In this document: positions 1 to 7,246 of the stretch, one piece after another | How positions within the stretch are numbered: position 1 is the first letter of the stretch | How the letters are laid out: each line of letters begins with the position of its first letter | Sequence record: NZ_CP013937.1 | Reading direction: 5' to 3' (one strand) | DNA from: a plasmid | Length of the DNA stretch: 18,967 nt | The notes under the pieces: model-generated | What the model saw: only the letters and a program-made list of their open reading frames with translations | What the model was told of the DNA's origin: nothing | Databases searched by the model: none | Translations under genes and position numbers: made by a program

Positions 1-343
1 GCAATATTGCTTTTGGGGGAGCAACTCTCGAAAGTTGCTTATAGAAATCCTTCTTAATGTCGACATTTTCTGGAATGGCCTCAATTACTAGATCTGCGTC
101 CTGAACAGCATCAGCTAGATTAGAACTAAAGCGGATGTTTTCAATAACTTCATCCGCTTTTTGACCATCTTCATAGAAATTTTTATAAATATCAGGATAT
201 GATGTCATTAATTGCTCAGAGTGTTTTAGAGCAGAATCATTGACATCATAAACCGTAACATTGAATCCCATGAACTGACTTTGAAAGGCAATTTGCCCAC
301 CTAAAATGCCACCACCGGCCACAGTTACATTTTTTATAGACAT
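1..343 (-). CDS. 3-hydroxyacyl-CoA / 3-hydroxybutyryl-CoA dehydrogenase family protein, N-terminal part (gene continues beyond window start)
   Basis: Minus-strand ORF starts at ATG 341-343 with RBS AGGAGGA (351-358) 7 nt upstream. N-terminus MSIKNVTVAGGGILGGQIA has a GxGxxG Rossmann motif typical of the 3-hydroxyacyl-CoA dehydrogenase NAD-binding domain. The ORF runs off the window. Confidence 0.7.
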   Translation of the reverse strand, partial: MSIKNVTVAGGGILGGQIAFQSQFMGFNVTVYDVNDSALKHSEQLMTSYPDIYKNFYEDGQKADEVIENIRFSSNLADAVQDADLVIEAIPENVDIKKDFYKQLSRVAPPKAIL

Positions 344-403
344 GTTTTCTCCTCCTATTAATGATTTAACAGGTTAATCGTAGCACCAATAGAAAACGCT
401 TTC

Positions 404-474
404 AAAAAATAGCAACTAAAATGACTGTTTCACTTTAGTTGCTGCAATCACCGATGAATAATCGGTGTGGTTTT
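404..474 (-). terminator. Tandem hairpins (gcaactaaa/tttagttgc and caccgat/atcggtg) with flanking A/T runs; probable intrinsic terminator between arsC and the dehydrogenase gene
   Basis: Inverted repeats at 412-442 and 449-467. A6 lies upstream and TTTTG downstream on plus, giving a T-run on minus after the first hairpin. Confidence 0.45.
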
Positions 475-596
475 GAAAAATGGGAGTCTCTAATTAGCAG
501 GCAAATTTGTTGCATCGTATCATAATTCATATACAACAGTCTGATTATAAAGTTAGGAAAAATGTAGCGACATTAACGGGGTATTATTATTCATTA

Positions 597-647
597 AAAA
601 AAAACAGACCCCGTTATCTAACTAGTAGATAACGGGGTCTGTTTTAA
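597..647. terminator. Bidirectional rho-independent terminator
   Basis: A8 run, then perfect 14-bp stem cagaccccgttatc / gataacggggtctg (605-641), then TTTT. It lies 170 bp downstream of the arsC stop. Confidence 0.8.
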
Positions 648-812
648 TAGTCTTTTCGAGGGGTCATTATATAATAATAGCCCCTGAATGGAAGGGCATT
701 CTAGTGAGTGCCTAGTCACATATCTAGCTCATAACCAAAGCCCTGGTATTTTCCTTAGAAGTCAATAAATTAATTGGACTGTTTTACTGCGTCACTATAT
801 GGCATTTTTTTA

Positions 813-1229
813 TTAATGAACGTAGTTATTCAAACTTGTAACTAATTTTTTAATTTCGTCACGAACCTTACGGAATTCTTGTAGTTGTTCTTCTAAAGTT
901 CCTGTAGCTTGCGCTGGGTCAGATAAAGGCCAGTGTAAACTCTTGGTTTGAGGGGGAAGCATAGGACATTTATCCTTGGCATCACCACATAAAGTAATAA
1001 CTAAATCTGAAGTGTTCAAATAATTTAGATCAATTAATTTAGAGTAGTGGCTACTAATATCTACTCCATCTTCAGCCATAACTTTAACAGCATTTAGATT
1101 TAACCCATGAGTTTCAATCCCTGCACTCTCGATTTGAAACTCATTTGCCGGCAATATTTTTTTTGCATATCCTTCAGCCATTTGACTGCGACAAGAATTT
1201 CCTGTACATAAAAAATAAATTTTTTTCAT
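813..1229 (-). CDS. arsC: Arsenate reductase, thioredoxin-coupled LMW-PTP type (ArsC)
   Basis: 138 aa. CX5R P-loop C10-TGNSCRS near the N-terminus, plus the Cys82/Cys89 pair ([10 protein letters not shown]) characteristic of pI258-type ArsC. RBS AGGTGG lies 6 nt before ATG 1229. No arsR, arsB or arsA nearby. Confidence 0.88.
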   Translation of the reverse strand: MKKIYFLCTGNSCRSQMAEGYAKKILPANEFQIESAGIETHGLNLNAVKVMAEDGVDISSHYSKLIDLNYLNTSDLVITLCGDAKDKCPMLPPQTKSLHWPLSDPAQATGTLEEQLQEFRKVRDEIKKLVTSLNNYVH

Positions 1230-1324
1230 TCTAAACCACCTATAATTTTAATTTGTATAACACCATAAACTTAAATGCAATGCTTCCATCAACATAGGTG
1301 TATAAGTATTAAGGTCTTCTATGT

Positions 1325-1340
1325 AATTATAGTCCCTAAA
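1325..1340. repeat. 16-bp direct repeat aattatagtccctaaa (copy 1)
   Basis: Exact second copy at 1812-1827. The pair brackets the XRE gene. Confidence 0.6.
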
Positions 1341-1402
1341 GGTTTCTTAACTAAAGACAGCGATAATCATTTTGGTGACTAAATAAATAATTGCAATTAC
1401 CA

Positions 1403-1684
1403 TCATCCAACCAGTACTGCGCATAAATTCCCAGACATTAGTTTGTGCCTTTGCGTTTTGGTAATAACTATGCTTTTTTTTAGTGAATCATCGCCCTTGA
1501 TCAAACTATCTAAGGTAATGCCGAATAAATTGCTGATTTGCACTAAACGATCAATATCGGGATAAGTACTTCCGACTTCCCACTTAGAAATGGTCTGACG
1601 AGAAACATTAAGTGTTTCTGCAAGATAATCTTGTGTCCACTGCCTTTTTTCTCGCTCTTCTTTTATCCTTTGCCCTAAAATCAT
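1403..1684 (-). CDS. XRE-family helix-turn-helix transcriptional regulator (possibly frameshifted at an A8 tract)
   Basis: N-terminus MILGQRIKEEREKRQWTQDYLAETLNVSRQTISKWE is a classic Cro/C1-type HTH. RBS GAGGT lies 7 nt before ATG 1684. After the A8 tract (plus T8 at 1474-1481) an alternative frame encodes a C-terminal TM helix (GWMMVIAIIYLVTKMIIAVF) ending at 1348. Confidence 0.75.
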   Translation of the reverse strand: MILGQRIKEEREKRQWTQDYLAETLNVSRQTISKWEVGSTYPDIDRLVQISNLFGITLDSLIKGDDSLKKSIVITKTQRHKLMSGNLCAVLVG

Positions 1685-1811
1685 AAACGTAACCTCACTT
1701 TCAATAGATTCATTATCATATTGAAGCGAGAAAAAAGCACGCTAATTATTAGCGCACTAAAAGCAACTACTGGTTGCGAAGAATATTCTGGTGTAAATAG
1801 AGGCTAAATAT

Positions 1812-1827
1812 AATTATAGTCCCTAAA
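1812..1827. repeat. 16-bp direct repeat aattatagtccctaaa (copy 2)
   Basis: Identical to 1325-1340. It sits immediately before the IS3-like copy 1 boundary. Confidence 0.6.
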
Positions 1828-1873
1828 TAAGTTCATATCTGAATAATCGATATTAAGTAAACCAGACATTGGT

Positions 1874-2488
1874 CTAGGCGGTCTGAAGCCAATCAGTCCG
1901 TGAGTTGATATGACTGTTGTTGTACCAGTTCACGTACCACTCGACAGACACCCGGACATCATCAATGGTCCTGTACTCTTCGTGATAAATCATTTCGCGC
2001 TTGATGAGCGAATGGAAGCTCTTGATACGCGCATTATCGTAAGGATGACCCTTACGGGAGTAAGAGTGATGTATTCCAGAGTTTTGTAATGTTCCTTCGA
2101 ACAGGCTAGAAGTGTATTGGCTTCCCATGTCGCTGTGAATCATATTTGGCTTACCGTTGGCTCTTAGAGCCTTAACTACGACGGATGTTGCGAATTCCTT
2201 GGTCATCTCTGGACTTAGTCCGTATGAGACTACGCGACGCTTTTCTGGGTCATAGACGGTTGCCAGATAAACCCACTCACGATTCATCAACTGGGTGTAC
2301 GTAATGTCAGTTGCCAGAACGCCACTCAAATCATCCAACTTCTTCATGAGGTTGGGCTTCTGAGGTGTGTCAGTGGTTGTTGTTGGCTTCTTGTATGACT
2401 TCTTGACCATGCGAGATTTGAGATTGAGCTCATTCATGGGTTCCCAAACCAAACGATCGCCAACATCAGTCTGCAAAATGAAGCGCAA
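1874..2488 (-). pseudogene. IS3-family transposase OrfB (rve/DDE integrase core), N-terminally deleted or fused
   Basis: HSDMGSQYTS...YDNARIKSFHSLIKREMIYHEEY...NNSHINSRTDWLQTA is the typical C-terminal half of IS3 OrfB. The N-terminal part is out of register with orfA, and most of orfA and the OrfB N-terminus are missing. Confidence 0.8.
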
Positions 2489-2554
2489 GAACGCCCTTGG
2501 TTGTGCATCTCGACAAGAGATTGCTTAAAGTCTGGTGCATATCGAATCATATAA

Positions 2555-2621
2555 AAAATGCTCCTCTGCTATTAGTTTATAGGGCAGAGAAAAATCTGTC
2601 CGTAAATCTAGCATAAGAGCA
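2555..2621 (-). repeat. 67-bp repeat family, copy A (IS3-like left end with promoter/RBS cassette)
   Basis: aaaatgctcctctgctattagtttatagggcagagaaaaatctgtccgtaaatctagcataagagca. About 90% identical to 5914-5980. The core recurs at 10220-10245 and degenerately at 7246-7272. Confidence 0.6.
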
Positions 2622-2760
2622 TCTCTAAATTGCTTATTTTTATTGACAACAACACAAGTTAGTTTGTCTTCTAAGATTTATAGGTTTCTGTGTTTAGAAA
2701 TAGTTATGTAATATTATTTTTATGATTATCCTTTTATAGGTGGCTAATGTTAATTAAGCA

Positions 2761-3378
2761 TTAAGCATAAACACCAACGATAGCATGGTTTTCAGGATTG
2801 AAGATTTGTTCTACAAATGCATCGGCATAATCTGAGTAGCTGATAAAGCTTTTACCATCGGCGTTAACGCCTAGCTTATTACCAGAGAATGAGTGCTTGC
2901 CAGTGTGAGGGGCGTCAAATTCCATCATTGCAGGAGGTGCCATATATGTCCAATCAAAATCCTGAACTTCGGCCAAAGCTTTAAATGCAGTTACTTCGGC
3001 TTCAGCGATTGGCTTAAATTCAGCTGGCACTTCAGGTGTATCAACTAACATTGTGTTTTCATCAACCAATAACACACCTGCACCACCAGCGAATACCAAA
3101 CGAGTATTAGTCCCTTGCAAGATTGAAATTAAGTGTTCAGTAGAAGTAATAAATTGTTCTGGATCTTCCATAGGTGCGTTAAAAGCATTGACTACTACAT
3201 CAAAATCTTTAATGTCTTCAGTCGTTAAATCAAAAATATCCTTTTCAATTGTTGGGATATTGGTCGTTAACTTTGATTTGTTGCGCACAATCGCAGTTGG
3301 CTTTTCGTTTCGGTTTGTTAGCTTTTCAACCAAGAGATTTCCTAATTTTCCAGTTGCACCAATGATACCAATATTCAT
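2761..3378 (-). CDS. NAD(P)H-binding oxidoreductase (atypical SDR / NmrA-like family)
   Basis: 205 aa. N-terminal MNIGIIGATGKLGNLLVEKL is a GxxGxxG Rossmann motif. RBS AGGAG lies 7 nt before ATG 3378. The gene is divergent from the hxlR-type regulator. Confidence 0.85.
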   Translation of the reverse strand: MNIGIIGATGKLGNLLVEKLTNRNEKPTAIVRNKSKLTTNIPTIEKDIFDLTTEDIKDFDVVVNAFNAPMEDPEQFITSTEHLISILQGTNTRLVFAGGAGVLLVDENTMLVDTPEVPAEFKPIAEAEVTAFKALAEVQDFDWTYMAPPAMMEFDAPHTGKHSFSGNKLGVNADGKSFISYSDYADAFVEQIFNPENHAIVGVYA

Positions 3379-3463
3379 AATTTTTCTCCTTTGAAATAAT
3401 TTATTCTTTGTCTAATCTATGTTAGAATGCAAAGTTACAAATGTAAATAAAGAAAGTTAAAAT

Positions 3464-3492
3464 CACATAGTTACTAATAGGTAACTATGTGA
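3464..3492. promoter_or_regulatory. Perfect 12-bp-arm palindrome tcacatagttac-N5-gtaactatgtga; candidate HxlR operator
   Basis: It sits in the 126-bp divergent intergenic region, ending 1 nt before the hxlR RBS GGAG at 3494-3497. Confidence 0.55.
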
Positions 3493-3504
3493 TGGAGCTG
3501 AATT

Positions 3505-3843
3505 ATGACAGAATTGAAATATCTAGAACTACCACCTTGCCCTGTTGCAACAACAGCACTTCTAATTGGTGATCATTGGAAAATCTTGATTATTCGTGAA
3601 CTATTGAATGGGACTAAGAGGTTTGGGGAGCTTACAAAGGGATTGGATGGTATTTCTAATAAGGTACTTTCGCAACATTTGAAAGTAATGGAGAGTCGCG
3701 GACTCATAGAAAGACGAGTGTATGCAGAAGTACCTGTCAAAGTAGAGTATTCTCTAACTGATATTGGTTGGAAATTAAAGCCGCTGATACACGAAATGTG
3801 GCAGTGGGGAGAACTTTATAAATCAATAGAAGCAAACAAATAA
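3505..3843 (+). CDS. HxlR-family winged-helix transcriptional regulator
   Basis: 112 aa. CPVATTALLIGDHWKILIIRELLNGTKRFGEL...YSLTDIGWKL matches the HxlR (DUF24) HTH signature. RBS GGAG lies 7 nt before ATG 3505. It is divergent from the oxidoreductase gene, as is typical. Confidence 0.9.
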   Translation: MTELKYLELPPCPVATTALLIGDHWKILIIRELLNGTKRFGELTKGLDGISNKVLSQHLKVMESRGLIERRVYAEVPVKVEYSLTDIGWKLKPLIHEMWQWGELYKSIEANK

Positions 3844-3965
3844 GTGTTTTCGCATCGGATGGGGAAGGAAAATTTAATATTTTTAACTTTGCTTATGCAG
3901 CTGATTTTGAATACTAAGCTTCCGAATTCAAAATCAGATCTATCACTCATATCCATTATCCCTCT

Positions 3966-3999
3966 AAAAAAGCCTACCAGGAAACTCGTAGGCTTTTAT
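3966..3999 (+). terminator. Rho-independent terminator downstream of hxlR
   Basis: aaaaaagcctac-caggaaactc-gtaggcttttat: 7-bp stem plus T-run. A second hairpin, cctggtta/taaccagg, lies at 4006-4040. Confidence 0.6.
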
Positions 4000-4182
4000 C
4001 ACTTGAACCTGGTTATTTATAAATCCATTAACCAGGAAGCGGACTACTTATCTAATATCATGATTAAGGTATTCAAACATTCGATACACTACATTTAGTT
4101 CCGAATACCATAAATGGTATAGATTGTGAAGTTAACGAGGTGAGCAATCAGCCGTCAGGCCTCGGTAATGCTGGGACTTGGG

Positions 4183-4796
4183 ATAATCGAGATTAAGTAA
4201 ACCAGACATTGGTCTAGGCGGTCTGAAGCCAATCAGTCCGTGAGTTGATGCGACTGTTGTTGTACCAGTTCACGTACCACTCGACAGACACCCGGACATC
4301 ATCAATGGTCCCGTACTCTTCGTGATAAATCATTTCGCGCTTGATGAGCGAATGGAAGCTCTCGATACGAGCATTATCGTAAGGATGACCCTTACGGGAG
4401 TAAGAGTGATGTATTCCAGAGTTTTGTAATGTTCCTTCGAACAGGCTAGAAGTGTATTGGCTTCCCATGTCGCTGTGAATCATCTTTGGCTTACCCTTGG
4501 CTCTTAGAGCCTTAACTACGACGGATGTTGCGAATTCCTTGGTCATCTCTGGGCTTAGTCCGTATGAGACTACGCGACGCTTTTCTGGGTCATAGACGGT
4601 TGCCAGATAAACCCACTCACGATTCATCAACTGGATGTACGTAATGTCAGTTGCCAGAACGCCACTCAAATCATCCAATCATCCAACTTCTTCATGAGGT
4701 TGGGCTTTTGAGGTGTGTCAGTGGTTGTTGTTGGCTTCTTGTATGACTTCTTGACCATGCGAGATTTGAGATTGAGCTCATTCATGAGTTCCCAAA
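4183..4796 (-). mobile_element. IS3-family insertion sequence, truncated copy 2 (about 0.61 kb, direct repeat of copy 1)
   Basis: Near-identical to 1843-2456 at an offset of 2340 bp. It carries an 8-bp tandem duplication (tcatccaa) at about 4672-4688 that shifts the frame. It lacks the orfA start and the 67-bp left end, and abuts the hsdR remnant. Confidence 0.75.
4214..4678 (-). pseudogene. IS3-family transposase OrfB fragment (rve core)
   Basis: The 154-aa translation is about 97% identical to the copy-1 ORF. It is truncated upstream by the 8-bp duplication. Confidence 0.8.
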
Positions 4797-5651
4797 TTCT
4801 TTTTCAATCAACCCGTTTTGATCCATTTCACACATACGATCTAAAATTTGACGCGTTGCTTGAACTTGATATGAGCGCATGACCGTTAAATTATCATTGG
4901 CTGCATCCGGGATCATATTCACTGTTACTAAGCGGTGTAAAGCTGGAATACCCATCATCTCATGGATAAAGGTCATGGTATTCGTGACATCTTTACCTAC
5001 ATCGTCACGCCAACCAAAGGCAAAATCACGGTTATAAGAGTCACTATTCTTTGGTCGTGCAAAATAGTGCGCTGAATTTTGCGACAAGACAAACTGCACT
5101 TGCACAAAAGAAAAGAGTCCCGTGTACATGCCGTCACCGTCATACTTTTGGAACTGTTCAAACGCATTCCACTGGTTTCGCAAGGACTCATCTTTTTCTT
5201 CAATGTGGGCCACAGGTAGCCCGTTAATCAGCAACATGATATCAATTCGACGCTTAGAGCTGAGACTCGTTGCTAAATCCGTAAACGTAATTTGGTTAAC
5301 GACTTCATAACGTGAATGTCCACCAGCCACTTCATCACCATAGAAGATTTCAAGTTCTAGCTGCGTCCCATCATCACGATTCAACGGTACGGTCCCAACA
5401 CCACCCGTACCCGCCAACATGAGTTGCGCATCATACGGCGTTTTATTCTTCGTTAGTTCCAACTTCACTTGTTCAAACTCATTATCAGATAACGGAGTGT
5501 CTTCTAGTCGTTTGCGATTGTTGGCATTCAGAATATCTCGCCAGTGATCATATAACCGATCAACTGTTACACCAGAATAATCTGTTAGATATTCCCAACC
5601 TTCACTCTTTAGCTTGTCAATTACAGCTTGTTCAAATTTATCTTCCGCCAT
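4782..5651 (-). pseudogene. hsdR: Type I restriction enzyme HsdR, N-terminal about 285 codons, truncated by the IS3 copy
   Basis: MAEDKFEQAVIDKLKSEGWEY...RRIDIMLLINGLPVAHIEEKDE...LFSFVQVQFVLSQNSAHYFARP matches the HsdR N-terminal nuclease-like domain (compare EcoR124I [40 protein letters not shown]). The reading frame runs into the IS-derived sequence at 4796 and stops at 4782. No helicase domains, hsdM or hsdS are present. Confidence 0.8.
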
Positions 5652-5683
5652 TTAACTAGTCTTCTTTTCTTTTTTAGTTGTAA

Positions 5684-5899
5684 CTATTTACCAAAACGCC
5701 ACCACTTTTTCGGTTTAGGTTGTGACTCCGGGGTGCTATTTTCAGGTTCCGGTTGTTTGTCTGACGTCACTTCTTTTTTACCATCATCATGCGGTGTCAT
5801 CGTTAAGGCTTTCAAGTCCTTAATTTCTGCCTTATATTCTTCGATCAGTTGTTTGTCCTGTAAGGCCAATCTTTGTTACTGATCTAATAAATTTTGCAT
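5684..5899 (-). CDS. Hypothetical 71-aa Lys/Glu/Pro-rich protein, possibly an IS3 OrfA-like leucine-zipper remnant
   Basis: ATG at 5897-5899 lies 12 nt downstream of copy B of the 67-bp promoter/RBS cassette, which supplies GGAG. Translation MQNLLDQVQRLALQDKQLIEEYKAEIKDLKAL...KPKKWWRFGK. It ends 33 bp before the hsdR start. Confidence 0.35.
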
Positions 5900-5913
5900 T
5901 TGGGATATTTGTG

Positions 5914-5980
5914 AAAATGCTCCTATGCTATTAGTTTACAGCGTAGAGGAAAATCTGTCCGTAAATCTAGCATAAGAGCA
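5914..5980 (-). repeat. 67-bp repeat family, copy B
   Basis: aaaatgctcctatgctattagtttacagcgtagaggaaaatctgtccgtaaatctagcataagagca. About 90% identical to copy A. Confidence 0.6.
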
Positions 5981-5992
5981 GGGTTAATATGA

Positions 5993-6027
5993 ATCGGTAC
6001 TATAATTGATGTAGTACCGATTTTTTT
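5993..6027 (+). terminator. Rho-independent terminator-like hairpin
   Basis: atcggtacta-taattgatg-tagtaccgat followed by T7. It lies between copy B and the UDG-family gene. Confidence 0.5.
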
Positions 6028-6034
6028 GGAGGTA

Positions 6035-6613
6035 ATGGTTGTGGATTTAAAACAGGAAATAATGGCTGATTCACGTAATGTGTCATTTACAGCGCGCGGA
6101 CTTGAGCCGATTTATATGATTGCACCAACAGTGAAAATATTGATTATTGGCCAAGCACCGGGCGCAGTTGTTGAGCAAACCGGGATTTTGTTCAATGATA
6201 AAAGTGGTGATCGATTACGCGAGTGGATGGGTATCGACCGGACAACCTTCTATGACTCTGGCTTAATTGGTGTGCTACCGATGGATTTCTATTTTCCAGG
6301 CAAGGGGAAGAGGGGTGATTTACCACCACGCAAATTTGTGGCGGGTGAATGGCACCAACGACTACTTGATACGATGCCGGATATCGAATTGATTTTGCTA
6401 GTCGGAAAATATGCGCAACAGCATTATTTGCCAATCAAAGCGAGTGAATCGTTAACCAGTGTGGTACATCGATTCGCGGATTTTGGGCCACGGTATTTGC
6501 CGTTGGCGCACCCATCACCACTCAACAACATCTGGCTTGCCAAGAATCCGTGGTTTGAAACGGACGTCGTGCCCGCACTACAAAAACGTGTCGCAGATAT
6601 CTTAAAGAAATAA
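6035..6613 (+). CDS. Uracil-DNA glycosylase superfamily protein (family 4/5-like)
   Basis: Motif A IIGQAPG and motif B LAHPSPLNN are both present. The start is uncertain: the frame opens at TTG 6026, with in-frame starts at ATG 6035, GTG 6041 and ATG 6062, and GGAGG at 6028-6032. Confidence 0.65.
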   Translation: MVVDLKQEIMADSRNVSFTARGLEPIYMIAPTVKILIIGQAPGAVVEQTGILFNDKSGDRLREWMGIDRTTFYDSGLIGVLPMDFYFPGKGKRGDLPPRKFVAGEWHQRLLDTMPDIELILLVGKYAQQHYLPIKASESLTSVVHRFADFGPRYLPLAHPSPLNNIWLAKNPWFETDVVPALQKRVADILKK

Positions 6614-6645
6614 AACAGGCCGACCTGAGTTATAACCAGGTGAAC

Positions 6646-7129
6646 TGAACCCCAAAAATTGGAGTGAAGTTTAAGCGGCTAACTGGTTGGAAAGATTTCG
6701 GTATTGAACCGGAGTTTTTCCGGCCAGTTTTGTTTCTATCCGCTTGTTGTTGTAGTAATAGACATAGTTAGTTATGGAGGATTTTAATTCGTCATAACTT
6801 TGATAGTGGTTGTTATGCACCGTTCCTACCTTCAAGATGTGGAAGATACTTTCAGCCATTGCGTTATCTAGGCATGTCGCTTTGCGACTCATGCTTTGGA
6901 ACACACGGTTAGTCTTCAACAGTGATATATACTCATAATTTTGATATTGGAAACCTTGGTCAGAGTGAATTGTCATTCGATAACTCGATTCTGGCCTATT
7001 TTGTAGAAGCTCATCTAATGGCTTTGTGACGAACTCGACAGTTGGATGAAGATCGATATTCCAAGTGAGAACCTCACCACTATATACATCAATATAGGCA
7101 GTGAAATAAGCACGTTCTGCCATCGTGCC
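6646..7129 (-). mobile_element. IS3-family IS fragment (right end plus transposase C-terminus); a second degenerate end-copy lies at 7130-7175
   Basis: It begins tgaaccccaaaaattggagtg (TG...). The same tgaaccccaaaattg recurs in direct orientation at 7130. It encloses the rve C-terminal ORF. Confidence 0.65.
6671..7123 (-). pseudogene. IS3-family transposase OrfB C-terminal fragment (a different IS from the 1874/4214 copies)
   Basis: HSDQGFQYQ...MSRKATCLDNAMAESIFHILK...YYNNKRIETKLAGKTPVQYR is the integrase core with the D and E regions. It is 5'-truncated and has no orfA. Confidence 0.8.
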
Positions 7130-7185
7130 TGAACCCCAAAATTGACCAGGAACCAGTTTGGTTGCAAGCTAGTTTTGCAGAATAA

Positions 7186-7243
7186 ATAAAAAGACCCTAT
7201 GGCGGGATGGAAATAATCCGGTTAACCATAGGGTCTTTTTTTT
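7186..7243. terminator. Strong bidirectional rho-independent terminator
   Basis: aaaaagaccctatgg ... ccatagggtcttttttttg: 12-bp stem with A5 before and T8 after. Confidence 0.8.
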
Positions 7244-7246
7244 GTG

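Larger units (their letters stand above)
1843..2621 (-). mobile_element. IS3-family insertion sequence, internally deleted copy 1 (about 0.78 kb)
   Basis: Minus-strand orfA-like start at ATG 2548-2550 (MIRYAPDFKQSLVEMHNQGRS) with GGAG RBS. It is fused after about 38 codons to an rve integrase-core ORF (1874-2488). Positions 1843-2456 are almost identical to 4183-4796. The upstream 67-bp promoter/RBS cassette at 2555-2621 ends in TG...CA style. Confidence 0.75.

Noticed and set aside
3053-3394. 113-aa plus-strand ORF
   Set aside because: It lies entirely antisense within the well-supported NAD(P)H-oxidoreductase gene and has no RBS.
3844-4098. 84-aa plus-strand ORF downstream of hxlR
   Set aside because: It has no RBS. 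It spans terminator hairpins and AT-rich intergenic sequence with implausible composition.
4997-5310. ORFs 4997-5203(-) and 5122-5310(+)
   Set aside because: They are embedded in or antisense to the hsdR fragment and have no translation signals.
5628-5882. 84-aa plus-strand Cys/Ser-rich ORF
   Set aside because: It is antisense to the hsdR start and the 71-aa ORF. It is low complexity.
6192-6434. 80-aa minus-strand ORF
   Set aside because: It is antisense inside the UDG-family gene.
7216-7229. gaaataatccggtt as a fourth copy of the ATGAATAATCCGGGT repeat
   Set aside because: It forms the loop of a strong terminator hairpin and matches only 12 of 14 positions. I judge it coincidental.
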